Below, one piece after another: positions 8,881 through 19,084 of a stretch of DNA of 64,000 nt. The stretch lies in the IMG/VR virus record IMGVR_UViG_2795385955_000003; one strand, given 5' to 3'. The position numbers were made by a program, and so were the translations under genes. The notes under the pieces are model-generated. The model worked only from the letters and a program-made list of their open reading frames with translations, was not told where the DNA came from and made no database searches. Within the stretch, counting starts at the first letter, position 1, and each line of letters begins with the position of its first letter. The DNA is from a virus. Lineage: Duplodnaviria; Heunggongvirae; Uroviricota; Caudoviricetes.

Positions 8881-10088
8881 TGACCGTCTCGCAGTACCAG
8901 CCCATCGCCGCCGCACCCCGGACCGCGATCAGCCAAGCCACCTCGGTGGAACAGTCCCGTGCCGTCGCCGAGGTCCAGTCAGCAGTCATTGTGGCGCAAC
9001 AGATTCCCCGTGACCTCCAGCGTGCGGAGGCGGAAATGCGGGACGCGTGCAGCCGCATGGCCATGGCGGTACAGGCGTTCTACCAGGTGCCCAACCGCGG
9101 CACCGGCCCCTCCGTGCACCTCATGCGCGAGCTGGCCCGGCTGTGGGGCAACGTTCAATACGGCGTCAACGAGCTGCACCGCGACGACCTCAAAGCTGAG
9201 TCCGAGATTCAGGCGTTTGCCTGGGACGTCCAGACCAACACGCGCTCCACGCGCACGTTCATCGTGCCGCACGCCCGTATGAAGCAGGGGCGCCGCGAGG
9301 AGCTAAACGACCTCGGCGACATCACGAACAACAACAACAACGCCGGTGCCCGCGCTGTCCGCGAATGCATTTCGTCGGTGCTGCCGAAGTGGTTTACCGA
9401 GATGGCGCAGGACCTGTGCCGCAACACCCTAGAAAAGGGCGAAGGCGTCCCCCTCAAGGACCGCATCGAAACCATGGTCGCCAAGTTCCGGCAGGAACTC
9501 GGTATCACCGAGGCCCAGATGGAGGCCCGGATCGGGAAGAAGCGCGGCGCCTGGGACGCCGGAGACGTCGCCCAGATGGGCATCACGTACACCTCCATCA
9601 CCCGCGACGGCATGGACAAGCGCGAGATCTTCCCGCCTGCCTCACAGTCCACCCAAGACGAAATCGCAGCCCGTGCAACAGAAACAAAGGCCACTCCGAA
9701 GACGGACTCCGCGGCAACGACCACCGGTGATCTGGCGCCCACCATCGGGGACCCGGAAACGGGTTCGGGCGCTACAGAACCCGCGGCCGAGGAGGTCCCC
9801 GCGCCGGACGGCGGTGACCTCATCCCGCCGTCCGGCAGCGGAACCCCTGACGGAGCCGACCCGGCAGAAGTGAACAGCCGAGGCGAGTACCTGGCAACGA
9901 AGAAGGACATCGGCACCGTCCGCGGCCTTCTAGGCAACGCCAAGTATTCGTTCCGCACCAAAGAATCCGCTGTCGACGCACTGGCCTACCTCAAGACGGT
10001 CATCGGCAGGGACATATCGGACGTCAACGACCTGTCCGAAAACGAAGCGGCAAACCTCATCGCCGCACTCAACAGCAAGGAGAACTAA
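8880..10088 (+). CDS. putative single-strand annealing protein (RecT/Redbeta-like), partner of upstream exonuclease
   Basis: Gene coupling taATGa with the exonuclease. Acidic Pro-rich C-terminal tail. Assigned by context, not motif. Confidence 0.4.
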   Translation: MTVSQYQPIAAAPRTAISQATSVEQSRAVAEVQSAVIVAQQIPRDLQRAEAEMRDACSRMAMAVQAFYQVPNRGTGPSVHLMRELARLWGNVQYGVNELHRDDLKAESEIQAFAWDVQTNTRSTRTFIVPHARMKQGRREELNDLGDITNNNNNAGARAVRECISSVLPKWFTEMAQDLCRNTLEKGEGVPLKDRIETMVAKFRQELGITEAQMEARIGKKRGAWDAGDVAQMGITYTSITRDGMDKREIFPPASQSTQDEIAARATETKATPKTDSAATTTGDLAPTIGDPETGSGATEPAAEEVPAPDGGDLIPPSGSGTPDGADPAEVNSRGEYLATKKDIGTVRGLLGNAKYSFRTKESAVDALAYLKTVIGRDISDVNDLSENEAANLIAALNSKEN

Positions 10089-10092
10089 CCAA

Positions 10093-10980
10093 ATGTCCTG
10101 GGAATTCGTATCATTCCTGATCTTCGGCAGTATTGCGTTACTGCTACTGCTGGGCGGGCTTGTCGGCCGCCGATTCAACCGGCGTGCTGATGGCCCCGTA
10201 GTGACACTGTTCATTGGCGGTATCGCCTTGGCTATCGCCGTCCTCGTCCTCGTGATCGGCTCCTTCACGGTCGTTGGTACACGCAAGGTTGGTATCGAGA
10301 CGGTATTCGGAAAGCCGTCCGGCGACACCCTGTCCAACGGTCTGCACTGGAAGAAGCCGTGGGCGACAGTCGATGAGATGGACGCAGCAGTCCAGATCGA
10401 CAAATACGAGGGCACCGGCCGCATCAAGGTCCGCCTGGGCAACTCGTCCACCGCCGACGCTGACGTATCCGTGCGCTGGCAGATCAAGCAGGACGCCGCC
10501 GACGAGCTGTACGTGCAATACCGGTCATTCGACAACGTCCGCACCAACCTCATCACCCGCAACCTCCAGGTCTCACTCAACGACGTGTTCTCCAAGCTCG
10601 ACCCACTGGCAACCAAGTGGGCCAACGGATTACCGCTGGAGACCTTCGCCAAGGAAGCGTCCGAGAAGCTGCGCGCCCTGGTGGGTGACCAGGTCGACAT
10701 CCTGGACGTCGCCGTCCCCACCATCGACTACGACGACGGCACCGAGGCCCGCATCAACGAGCTGAACGCAGAGCGCGCGAACACCGCGAAGGCCGAACAG
10801 GCGAAGAAGACGGCCACCGAACAGGCCGAGGCCAACCGCATCCTCTCCTCATCAGTGTCCAACGACCCCAACGTGATTGTGCAGAACTGCATCACCAAGG
10901 CACTCGACAAGGGCATGTCGCCGTGGGGCTGCTGGCCCGGCACCGGCGCCCTCGCCACCATCCCCGCACCCATCAAGTAA
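10093..10980 (+). CDS. SPFH/band-7 (HflC/stomatin-like) membrane protein
   Basis: N-terminal TM segment. VGIETVFGKPSGDTLSNGLHWKKPW matches start of the band-7 domain. C-terminal coiled-coil. Confidence 0.6.
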   Translation: MSWEFVSFLIFGSIALLLLLGGLVGRRFNRRADGPVVTLFIGGIALAIAVLVLVIGSFTVVGTRKVGIETVFGKPSGDTLSNGLHWKKPWATVDEMDAAVQIDKYEGTGRIKVRLGNSSTADADVSVRWQIKQDAADELYVQYRSFDNVRTNLITRNLQVSLNDVFSKLDPLATKWANGLPLETFAKEASEKLRALVGDQVDILDVAVPTIDYDDGTEARINELNAERANTAKAEQAKKTATEQAEANRILSSSVSNDPNVIVQNCITKALDKGMSPWGCWPGTGALATIPAPIK

Positions 10981-11006
10981 CACCCCACGAAAGGAACACC
11001 GCCCAT

Positions 11007-11372
11007 ATGACCACTCCAGCCCCCGAGGAAGAGGACCGGGTACGCCCGTTCGCCGACTTCCTGCGGGAACTCCAGAAGGGCCGCGTGCACGACGAGCTGT
11101 CCGACGGCCTCAAGGAAGTCGTCGCCGCCGTCCGCGCGACCGGCAAGGCCGGGTCACTCACGTTGAAGCTCAGCGTTTCTGAGCAGGCCAACACCTCCAT
11201 GTTGGTCATCAAGGACGACGTGACTGTCAAGGCGCCGCAGGCCGACCGCCAGGTATCCCTCTGGTTCGTCGACCGCGAGGGCAACGTCACCCGCACCGAC
11301 CCGGCGCAACTCCAGTTCGAGTCCATGAAAGCGGTCGCCGAGAGCACCACGAACATCCGAAAGGAAGCCTGA
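11007..11372 (+). CDS. hypothetical protein
   Basis: ORF with RBS ggaacacc..ATG. Confidence 0.4.
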   Translation: MTTPAPEEEDRVRPFADFLRELQKGRVHDELSDGLKEVVAAVRATGKAGSLTLKLSVSEQANTSMLVIKDDVTVKAPQADRQVSLWFVDREGNVTRTDPAQLQFESMKAVAESTTNIRKEA

Positions 11373-11375
11373 CCC

Positions 11376-12200
11376 ATGACCGACGAAATCCGTACCGAGG
11401 CAGACGCTGTCGCCGAACTCACCAACGCGGCGGAGCGCTACAGCACCGAACAGGTTGTGCCCGACACCGAGCATGTCCTGTCGTACGTCACCAACTCCGA
11501 CGAACACCGCGATTTCGACTCGCTGGAGCGATATCTGCCGAACCCTCGACGCGACCGCGGCACCACCACCGTGCTGGACGTCGACAGCTTCAACAAGCTG
11601 ACCGACGGCGCCCTGCACCTCGATGCCGTCGCGTACGCCGACCGCGGCCCCAGCCGAATCACCGCAGTACTGAACGACAAGGGCTGGCGTGACCACCGCA
11701 TCGTGGTAGCGCTCCAGCTGTCCCGCGAGTGGAACCACTGGGCGGCAGCCGACGGCAAGCTGCTCAACCAGATTGCGTTCGCCGAGCACATCGAGGACGG
11801 CCTGGCCGCCATCACCTCACCACCGGCCGCCGACCTGATGGAGGTCGTGCAGAACTTCCAGACGAAGCGCAAGGTCGAGTTCCAGTCCGGCCACCGCACC
11901 CAGTCCGGCGAGGTGCAGTTCCAGTACAAGGAGGAGGCCACCGCAACCGCTGGCGGCAAGGGCGGACATATCGAGGTGCCCGAGCACTTCACTCTCCGCA
12001 TCCCCGTCTACGAGCGCGGCGACGTGTACGACCTCACCGCCCGCCTGCGGTTCCGCATCGGCCAGGACGGCTTGCTCCTCGGCTACAAGCTGGACCGCGC
12101 CGGGGACGTCAAGGACGCGGCGTTCGACGCCGAGGTGGCGAAGCTCGCGGTCATCAAGTCCGTGTTCGGTCCCGCGCCCGACACGATCCGCGAGCTGTGA
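11376..12200 (+). CDS. hypothetical phage protein (possibly DUF2303/YfdQ-like, common next to RecET)
   Basis: 274-aa ORF. Assignment by recollection of family context only. Confidence 0.4.
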   Translation: MTDEIRTEADAVAELTNAAERYSTEQVVPDTEHVLSYVTNSDEHRDFDSLERYLPNPRRDRGTTTVLDVDSFNKLTDGALHLDAVAYADRGPSRITAVLNDKGWRDHRIVVALQLSREWNHWAAADGKLLNQIAFAEHIEDGLAAITSPPAADLMEVVQNFQTKRKVEFQSGHRTQSGEVQFQYKEEATATAGGKGGHIEVPEHFTLRIPVYERGDVYDLTARLRFRIGQDGLLLGYKLDRAGDVKDAAFDAEVAKLAVIKSVFGPAPDTIREL

Positions 12201-12220
12201 GCAGGAGGAAGGAGTTCCCG

Positions 12221-12598
12221 TTGGTGGCGGTGTTAGCCGTCACCAACGGACTCCCCGAAGGCGCCATCTGCACCGTGGTGCAGGTGCAGGACCTGTTGTC
12301 GCACATGACCGGCAACCGGATCTTCTTGCACCAGATACCGCGGGCGAAGGACGTGTGCGGCAAGTTCCTCCGCGACCAGCACACCTGGCTCGACAACACC
12401 TGCCCCTCGTCGGAGCAGCTGGCCGACGTCGCCAAGTTGCGGCGCTGGGCGAATGCAGTCCAGAAGGTGCGCGGCGAAATGGTGAAGGTAAGCGTGCTAC
12501 CCGGGGACGCGTACACCTACATGGACCCGATCATCGAGAACGCGGTCAACATCAAGGCCGCAGAGCAGGCCGCCAAGGAGAAGGCGGCGGCAGGGTGA
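12221..12598 (+). CDS. hypothetical protein
   Basis: RBS ggaggaaggag upstream of TTG/GTG. Confidence 0.4.
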   Translation: MVAVLAVTNGLPEGAICTVVQVQDLLSHMTGNRIFLHQIPRAKDVCGKFLRDQHTWLDNTCPSSEQLADVAKLRRWANAVQKVRGEMVKVSVLPGDAYTYMDPIIENAVNIKAAEQAAKEKAAAG

Positions 12599-12870
12599 CC
12601 ACACACACCGCCACCGGCTACCTGATCTTGGAGGCGTCCCGCGGCTACCGCACAGGCGATGACGGACTCAAGGTCGTCAACGGCCTGCGTATCGCCGGGT
12701 ACCGGGCCAACCGCCCGGCGAAGCTGGCGCGCGACCAGATCACCGTCAAGGTCGGGGTGACAGTGGATGCGGCTGAATTCTCGCCCATAACAGCGGAAAT
12801 CGCGGTCACCCTCGCCCCGTCACAGGTCATCCACCCGGTCGTCGAAGCACTCGAACCAGGGGAAGTGTGA
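12595..12870 (+). CDS. hypothetical protein
   Basis: GTG start overlapping prior stop. Confidence 0.4.
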   Translation: MTTHTATGYLILEASRGYRTGDDGLKVVNGLRIAGYRANRPAKLARDQITVKVGVTVDAAEFSPITAEIAVTLAPSQVIHPVVEALEPGEV

Positions 12871-13346
12871 TGACACTCGTACGGCTGGAACTGGTCGGAG
12901 AGAAGGGCGACCGGCTGACTGTTACCGCGGACAAAGTGACTGACCACTTCGCGATGCATCCGGCCATCATGGTCGACACCGACACGGGCGAGAAGTTCCT
13001 CAACCCCGCGGTGTGGTCTCTAACCCACATTGTGAGCTGCAAAGAGGTCGTGAAGCTCTACCAGGAAGACCCCATCGAGTGCCCGGGAGAGCCGCGCGCC
13101 GTTGACCCAGACGTGGCCGTCGCGTTCGCTAAATGGCTGGAGCAGCAGACCAATTGGGATGCGGAAGTGCCAGACGTCGGCAAGGACGTTTACCGGCAAC
13201 TATCCCTCTATCAAGGCGACATCAACCACTGGGCTGATCCGCCAGCCTGCGACAAGTGCGCCAATCCAAACGCGATCACCGGCACACGCATGGGCGTCAA
13301 AGCATCCCTGTGCCACGCCTGCGAAAACAACACCAAGGAGCCCTGA
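12870..13346 (+). CDS. hypothetical protein
   Basis: ORF MTLVRLELVGEKGDRL... Confidence 0.45.
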   Translation: MTLVRLELVGEKGDRLTVTADKVTDHFAMHPAIMVDTDTGEKFLNPAVWSLTHIVSCKEVVKLYQEDPIECPGEPRAVDPDVAVAFAKWLEQQTNWDAEVPDVGKDVYRQLSLYQGDINHWADPPACDKCANPNAITGTRMGVKASLCHACENNTKEP

Positions 13347-13642
13347 TGGCGACACTCACACAGGCCGACATGTTCCCCACGGCCAAACGAAACACCCTCA
13401 ACTACCGGGGTGACATCGCCGACCACGTTATGAGTGTCAACCAGCGATGGGGGCCGGACATGTTCGGTGCCCTCTACACACCCGTGGCCGCGGTCTACGA
13501 CCCCGAGGCCGACCAGACGAAGGTCACCTTCCGGTCTATCCCACGCCCACAACCACAACGCGCCCACCAGCGCGACGAGATCCCGTTGGCACATCCGGAC
13601 GGCAACCGGCGCCAGCGCCGAAACAAGGGGAAGAAGTATTGA
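13346..13642 (+). CDS. hypothetical protein
   Basis: ORF with RBS aaggag. Confidence 0.4.
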   Translation: MATLTQADMFPTAKRNTLNYRGDIADHVMSVNQRWGPDMFGALYTPVAAVYDPEADQTKVTFRSIPRPQPQRAHQRDEIPLAHPDGNRRQRRNKGKKY

Positions 13643-14004
13643 CCACCAACGACATTGAGCGCATGGTGAAGGCAGCAGCTGACGTCACCAACCGACTCCT
13701 CCATGGAGTAGCCAACCGGGTCGAGACATTCGTCCAGAGTGTTGATACGGAAGCACTGGCCGACGCGATCACCGGCATGCGGGCCACAGTCTCCCCCGGC
13801 ACGAAGCCTGCGCCAGCTCAGACCGTGTACGTAGGGACCGCGGTGCGGTGCGTCACCTGCCAGGGCGTGTACCGCGTCAAGACCGACGGGCGTAACCCGC
13901 TGTGGGTATGCCAGCCTTGCGCGCGCCAATGGTGCCGCTGGGACGGTGTCGCACCGCAGGTTTCAACACACCTGCGAGTTGTTGGGGCGGGGGAGAAGCG
14001 ATGA
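13639..14004 (+). CDS. hypothetical protein with C-terminal zinc ribbon
   Basis: CVTCQG...CQPCARQWC. Confidence 0.4.
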   Translation: MTTNDIERMVKAAADVTNRLLHGVANRVETFVQSVDTEALADAITGMRATVSPGTKPAPAQTVYVGTAVRCVTCQGVYRVKTDGRNPLWVCQPCARQWCRWDGVAPQVSTHLRVVGAGEKR

Positions 14005-14969
14005 CCGCCACCGGCCCCAACAACCACCACTGGCTCCGCAAGTGGTTGCGCCTGGAACCGCACCAACCCATCGGCGCCGAAGGCGAGGCGCCGTACCTAT
14101 TGCGCTGGTACGTAATCCCGCGCAACCGGTGGCTCAACATCTACCTACACAAGTTCCTGCGTGACGACGACGACCGCGCCCTGCACGACCATCCCTGGTG
14201 GTTCGTCTCCCTGATGTTGTGGGGGCAGTACGTGGAGGTCACTGAGGAGGGTCGGTCCGTCAGGTCCGCCCCGGAGCCGTGGCGCCTGTTCTGGGGCGAC
14301 CGGCCGCTGGCATTCCGGCGCGGCACATGGCGTCACCGCGTGGAGTTGGTACCGGCGGCGACGCACTCAAATCAGTTCCTCGCGCGCCGCGATCAGCGCA
14401 AGCTCTCGTGCTGGACACTCATCGTGACAGGGCGGCGGGTACGCCTTTGGGGGTTCTGGTGCAAAGACCGCGCGGATGAAACCAACCTCGACAACGCCAT
14501 CGACCGTATGCGCGTCCGGCGCGGTGAAGTCTTCGAAGTAGACCGGTTTATCCCATGGGACGAGTTCGGGGCGGCCGGGTGCGGTGAGCCCACAACGGTG
14601 GACGAACAGCAGCGACCGGGCACGTCACCCACCCGCGTAATAGACGCAGCACACCTGGCGCGACAGCGTGCATTCAGCCTCGCAACCTTCGGCCCGGGTG
14701 CCCGAACCAACGGAGTCTTGGACCACATCGGCAAAGAGCTGAACGAGATACGGGACGCCCCTGACGACATCTCCGAATGGGTAGACGTCATCATCCTGGC
14801 CTTCGACGGAGCCTGGCGCGCGGGCTGGGAACCGCAACAGATCATCGACGCGATCCTTGCGAAGCAGACCAGGAACGAGCAACGCACGTGGCCCGACTGG
14901 CGGACCGCAGACCCCAACAAGGCCATCGAGCACGTGCACAGCGACGTAGACAGCGATGTGAACCGATGA
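14001..14969 (+). CDS. DUF550-like N-domain fused to MazG-like nucleoside triphosphate pyrophosphohydrolase
   Basis: C-terminal ...LNEIRDAPDDISEWVDVIILAFDGAWRAGWEPQQIIDAILAKQTRNEQRTWPDW typical of phage MazG. Confidence 0.6.
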   Translation: MTATGPNNHHWLRKWLRLEPHQPIGAEGEAPYLLRWYVIPRNRWLNIYLHKFLRDDDDRALHDHPWWFVSLMLWGQYVEVTEEGRSVRSAPEPWRLFWGDRPLAFRRGTWRHRVELVPAATHSNQFLARRDQRKLSCWTLIVTGRRVRLWGFWCKDRADETNLDNAIDRMRVRRGEVFEVDRFIPWDEFGAAGCGEPTTVDEQQRPGTSPTRVIDAAHLARQRAFSLATFGPGARTNGVLDHIGKELNEIRDAPDDISEWVDVIILAFDGAWRAGWEPQQIIDAILAKQTRNEQRTWPDWRTADPNKAIEHVHSDVDSDVNR

Positions 14970-15436
14970 AGATCATTGATACACAACGGCAGTGGGCCGT
15001 CGTATGCACCGTATGCCCACCCGGACCCGGTGACAGCGACGGCCAAACCTGGGCATTCCCAGGCACCGATGAAGGCAAGGTTCACGCGGAAGCATTCGCC
15101 GTCCGCCATAACTCGCTGCAAGGTCACCGCACTTACGTCAGCGAGCAGTACGTCGTGGCGGCTACCCTGCGCGACGATGGGGCGGGGTACATGGCCCTGC
15201 CTCTGGACGCTGACGGGGATCGCCTGGCCTCCGCTATTGCCGTAAAGGTCAACCTTCCAACGGTATTCCCCGGCCGCCCCGCGGTCTACTACCTCGCCAC
15301 CTGCCAGGAGTGCGTCGATATGAAGCTCCCGTTTGGCACCGAGGACGACCGTGACATCTGGGCCGACACCCACCACAAGGGCACTGGCCACGACATCACC
15401 TCATCCGTCGAAGTACGACCAGACCAAGGGGAATGA
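14966..15436 (+). CDS. hypothetical protein
   Basis: ORF with translational coupling. Confidence 0.45.
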   Translation: MKIIDTQRQWAVVCTVCPPGPGDSDGQTWAFPGTDEGKVHAEAFAVRHNSLQGHRTYVSEQYVVAATLRDDGAGYMALPLDADGDRLASAIAVKVNLPTVFPGRPAVYYLATCQECVDMKLPFGTEDDRDIWADTHHKGTGHDITSSVEVRPDQGE

Positions 15437-15651
15437 CGGTGAGCCAGACAGTCCACATCCGCACCGGCATCTACACCACCAGCGGCGGAATCACTTTCAC
15501 CGTCAACGACACCGACCTCGGCGTATGCGGCATAACCCACTGTGGGCAGACCGCGATGATCGCCATCGACCTGGACGGCCAGGGCGGCGTTCGCTGCCCC
15601 GAGCACTACCAGCCGTGGGCGGACAACCCGGCAGAAACGAGCGAGCAATGA
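15433..15651 (+). CDS. small hypothetical protein
   Basis: ORF with translational coupling. Confidence 0.3.
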   Translation: MTVSQTVHIRTGIYTTSGGITFTVNDTDLGVCGITHCGQTAMIAIDLDGQGGVRCPEHYQPWADNPAETSEQ

Positions 15652-16262
15652 CCATCTACTGCTACGACACAGAGTTCCTGGAAGACGGCCGCACCATTGA
15701 CCTGATCTCAATCGGAATCGTGTGTGAGGACGGCCGCGAATACTACGCCGTCAACAGCGAGGCCGATTGGGACCGTATCCGCAAGGACGACTGGCTCATG
15801 GACAACGTCGTACGTCACTTGCCCACCCACTCCACTGGGGAGGTGAAGAGGCGTCAAGAATTCGGGTCTATCGGTTGGTCGTGGGGCGGAATCGATATGC
15901 GCTCGCCGCTGGTAAAGCCAAAGTGGGTAATTGCCAACGAGGTTCGCCAGTTCGTCGTCGGTGACCTTGCCGACCGAGACGAGGCTGTCGCTGACCACGA
16001 GCTGCCGGTGCTCTGGGCGTACTACGGTGCCTATGACCACGTGGCCCTGTGCCAGCTGTGGGGTCGGATGATTGACCACCCGCGGTTCATGCCCATGTAC
16101 ACCCTGGACCTCAAGCAGGAGATGGACCGCCTCGGTGTCAGCGGCAGCACTGTGCCGAAACCTGATACCGCGCACGACGCTCTTTCCGACGCCCGGTGGA
16201 ACTGGCAAATGCTGCACAAACTGCGCGCGGTGGCGGCCGGGGCCACGGAGGTGCCTTTCTGA
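15648..16262 (+). CDS. DEDDh 3'-5' exonuclease (RNase T/oligoribonuclease-like)
   Basis: YCYDTEF (Exo I)... HDALSDAR (Exo III). Confidence 0.65.
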   Translation: MTIYCYDTEFLEDGRTIDLISIGIVCEDGREYYAVNSEADWDRIRKDDWLMDNVVRHLPTHSTGEVKRRQEFGSIGWSWGGIDMRSPLVKPKWVIANEVRQFVVGDLADRDEAVADHELPVLWAYYGAYDHVALCQLWGRMIDHPRFMPMYTLDLKQEMDRLGVSGSTVPKPDTAHDALSDARWNWQMLHKLRAVAAGATEVPF

Positions 16263-17308
16263 TGGGCGACAAGACCGGCATCGAATGGACCGATGCAACA
16301 TGGAATCCGGTAACCGGTTGCACGAAAGTGGGAACACCAGGCTGCGATCACTGCTACGCCGAGACGTTCGCCGAACGCTGGCGCGGAACCAAGGGGCACT
16401 ACTTCGAGCGCGGGTTCGATGTGCAGCTGCGACCCGACAAGCTCGACTTGCCGCTGCGCTGGACCAAGCCGCGCAAGGTTTTCGTCAACTCGATGTCGGA
16501 TCTGTTCCACGACAAGGTATCTGACGAGTACATAGCGCAGGTGTTCGCGGTGATGGCGCTGGCGCCACAGCATACGTTTCAGCTGCTCACTAAACGTCAC
16601 GGGCGCATGCGTTCGATCATGACCTCTCGCGACCTTAGCGGCACCGGGGCAGGGCTGAGCCTGGAAGCGATGGTGCGCAACGTTGTTGATAACCGGCGCG
16701 GTGCTGAGGGGCGCCTGGATTGGCTGCGGGGCGATGACATTTCGTGGCCGCTGCCCAACGTCTGGCTTGGAGTGAGCGCCGAGGACCAGAAGCGCGCGGA
16801 CCTCCGAATCCCAGCGCTGCTCGATACCCCGGCCGCGGTGCGGTGGATCAGCGCCGAACCGCTACTCGGGCCGGTCAACCTGCACACCGATCCGATCAAG
16901 GCCGGTACGCCATTCTGGGGTAGCCAGCTCGACTGGGTGGTTGTCGGCGGCGAGTCCGGGTCTGGCGCGCGGCCGATGCATCCGTGGTGGGCGGAGAGCC
17001 TGCACCGCCAGTGTGTGGCTGCTGGTGTCCCGTTCCTGTTCAAGCAATGGGGCGATTGGACACCCATGGCGCCGTTGAAGAAGGGCCGTTTCGACTTCTC
17101 AGGTATCGCGATGACCGATGACGGAAACACCTACAACGCGGGTGATCTGGACTGGCCTGACGGCCCACGTCGTGGTGAGGCGATGCGTGCCGACTTCCCG
17201 CACCACCACCCGACTTCCATGTACCGAGTCGGGAAGAAGGCGGCGGGCCGGGAGCTGTACCACGACGGCCGCACCTTTGACGAGTACCCCGGCGTGGTGA
17301 CTGAATGA
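16262..17308 (+). CDS. phage Gp37/Gp68-family protein (DUF5131)
   Basis: GIEWTD...NPVTGC...GCDHCYA...FVNSMSDLFH conserved N-terminal block of this family. Confidence 0.55.
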   Translation: MGDKTGIEWTDATWNPVTGCTKVGTPGCDHCYAETFAERWRGTKGHYFERGFDVQLRPDKLDLPLRWTKPRKVFVNSMSDLFHDKVSDEYIAQVFAVMALAPQHTFQLLTKRHGRMRSIMTSRDLSGTGAGLSLEAMVRNVVDNRRGAEGRLDWLRGDDISWPLPNVWLGVSAEDQKRADLRIPALLDTPAAVRWISAEPLLGPVNLHTDPIKAGTPFWGSQLDWVVVGGESGSGARPMHPWWAESLHRQCVAAGVPFLFKQWGDWTPMAPLKKGRFDFSGIAMTDDGNTYNAGDLDWPDGPRRGEAMRADFPHHHPTSMYRVGKKAAGRELYHDGRTFDEYPGVVTE

Positions 17309-17952
17309 CGACTGTCTGGTTCACCTCCGACCTACACATCGGGCATGCCCTAGTAGCGGAGGAACGCGCCAACCGCGCCAACATCGCGGTCCCGCTGGCC
17401 CCCACGGGGCGTAGTGAGCACTGCATCCGGTGGCACGACCGGACCCTCGCCGAGAATTGGGACGCCGTTATTCAGCCGCACGACCAGGTGTGGGTGCTGG
17501 GCGACCTCAGCGCCGGATCATCTGGGGCACAACGTAACGCGCTGAAATGGATCGAAGAACGGCCCGGCGAGAAGCACCTGGTTTCCGGGAACCACGACCG
17601 CGTCCACCCCATGTATCGGGATGCCCACAAGTGGCAGGCGCACTACCTGGGGGTGTTCCAGTCGGTGCAGCCGTTCGCCCGTCGCCGCGTGGGCGGACAC
17701 ACCGCGCTGCTGTCGCACCTGCCTTACCGCGGCGACCACACCACGGAGCAGCGCTACAACCAGTACCGGCTCCGTGACGAGGGCGAGTGGCTTCTGCACG
17801 GGCACACGCACAGCCGATTCATCAACGAGCCGAAATTCCACCCGCGGCAGCTACATGTCGGCGTCGACGCATGGCACATGGCACCGGTACAAATAGGCCG
17901 TCTCGCCGATCTCATCGCTGTCGCCGAGTGCGCGGACGCTGCACATGGATGA
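17305..17952 (+). CDS. calcineurin-like metallophosphoesterase
   Basis: DLHIGH, GDL, GNHD, GHTH motifs. Confidence 0.7.
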   Translation: MTTVWFTSDLHIGHALVAEERANRANIAVPLAPTGRSEHCIRWHDRTLAENWDAVIQPHDQVWVLGDLSAGSSGAQRNALKWIEERPGEKHLVSGNHDRVHPMYRDAHKWQAHYLGVFQSVQPFARRRVGGHTALLSHLPYRGDHTTEQRYNQYRLRDEGEWLLHGHTHSRFINEPKFHPRQLHVGVDAWHMAPVQIGRLADLIAVAECADAAHG

Positions 17953-19084
17953 GCCCGCTATCCGCGTGCTATCCCTCGGCGCTGGTGTCCAGTCGACGGT
18001 GCTGGCACTGCTGGCCTGCGACGGCACGCTGCCTGGTCTGGACGCGGCAGTGTTCGCCGATACCGGCTGGGAACCACCTGCGGTCTATGAGCAGGTGGAC
18101 CGGCTTGCCTCCGAGCTTGCCCGCGTTGATATCCCGCTGTACCGGGTTTCGTCGGGGAACCTGCGCGCCGACACCCTCGACCCGGAAGCGCGATTCGTGT
18201 CGGTGCCATGGTTCACCTTGGCGCCCAAGGCTACCGAGGTGCCTGTTTATGGCGTATGCGCACCCTGCGGCGGCTCCGGCCGTGGACCATCTGACGAGCC
18301 TGATTCATGTTCGGTGTGCGGTGGCGACGGCCGTGGGTCGATCGTGGGCACCAGGCTAGCCACTGCCACTGAACGGCACGGCATGGGGCGCCGCCAGTGC
18401 ACCAGCGAGTACAAGCTCAAGCCGATCAAGGTCAAGGTGCGCGAGCTGCTGGGCTACCCGCATCCGACACCTGTGCCGCGAGATGTGTTCGCCGAGCAGT
18501 GGATCGGATTCTCTACTGACGAGATTCACCGGGTGCGTGACCGGCTGGATGTGAACTACTCCCGGCCGCGTTACCCACTGCTCGATCTAGGCATGTCCCG
18601 CAAGGACTGCCAGCGCTGGCTGGAACGCGCCGGGTGGGGCCACACCGCCAAGAGTGCGTGCATCGGCTGCCCGTTCCACGGCAATGCCCAGTGGCGGTAC
18701 ATGTACGAGCGGCGCGACATCTGCGCGGCGTGCGGCCACGCCCGCAACGACCACTGGCGCGGTTTCGATGAACCGAAGGCGTGCGCGCATCTGTACAACC
18801 GCGACCAGCCCGAAGAGATCGCCGATCTGTGCATGTGTAAGCGGTTCCACTCCCTCTGGGACGACGCGGTCGATTTCGACCGCCGTATCCGCAAGGGCGG
18901 CGCCTCGGCCAACCCACTCGACGGCGAGGCATTCCTGCACCGCTCACGAGTTCCGTTGGACCTGGCACCAATCGACCGCGTGACACGTGCCGAGTACGCC
19001 GACATGCAGCTCGACCTGTTCGAGGACGGCGACCCGGACGGCTGCTCACCCTACGGCTGCCGCAGCGGCGAGGAGGCGGTGTGA
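17945..19084 (+). CDS. PAPS-reductase-like / PP-loop ATP pyrophosphatase family protein (DndC-like) with Cys-rich insert
   Basis: SLGAGVQSTVL PP-loop. Insert CAPCGGSG..CSVCGGDG. Confidence 0.6.
   Translation: MDEPAIRVLSLGAGVQSTVLALLACDGTLPGLDAAVFADTGWEPPAVYEQVDRLASELARVDIPLYRVSSGNLRADTLDPEARFVSVPWFTLAPKATEVPVYGVCAPCGGSGRGPSDEPDSCSVCGGDGRGSIVGTRLATATERHGMGRRQCTSEYKLKPIKVKVRELLGYPHPTPVPRDVFAEQWIGFSTDEIHRVRDRLDVNYSRPRYPLLDLGMSRKDCQRWLERAGWGHTAKSACIGCPFHGNAQWRYMYERRDICAACGHARNDHWRGFDEPKACAHLYNRDQPEEIADLCMCKRFHSLWDDAVDFDRRIRKGGASANPLDGEAFLHRSRVPLDLAPIDRVTRAEYADMQLDLFEDGDPDGCSPYGCRSGEEAV

Noticed and set aside
9319-9333. (AAC)5 simple repeat
   Set aside because: It lies in-frame inside the annealing-protein gene and encodes an Asn5 linker. 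There is no evidence of a regulatory role.
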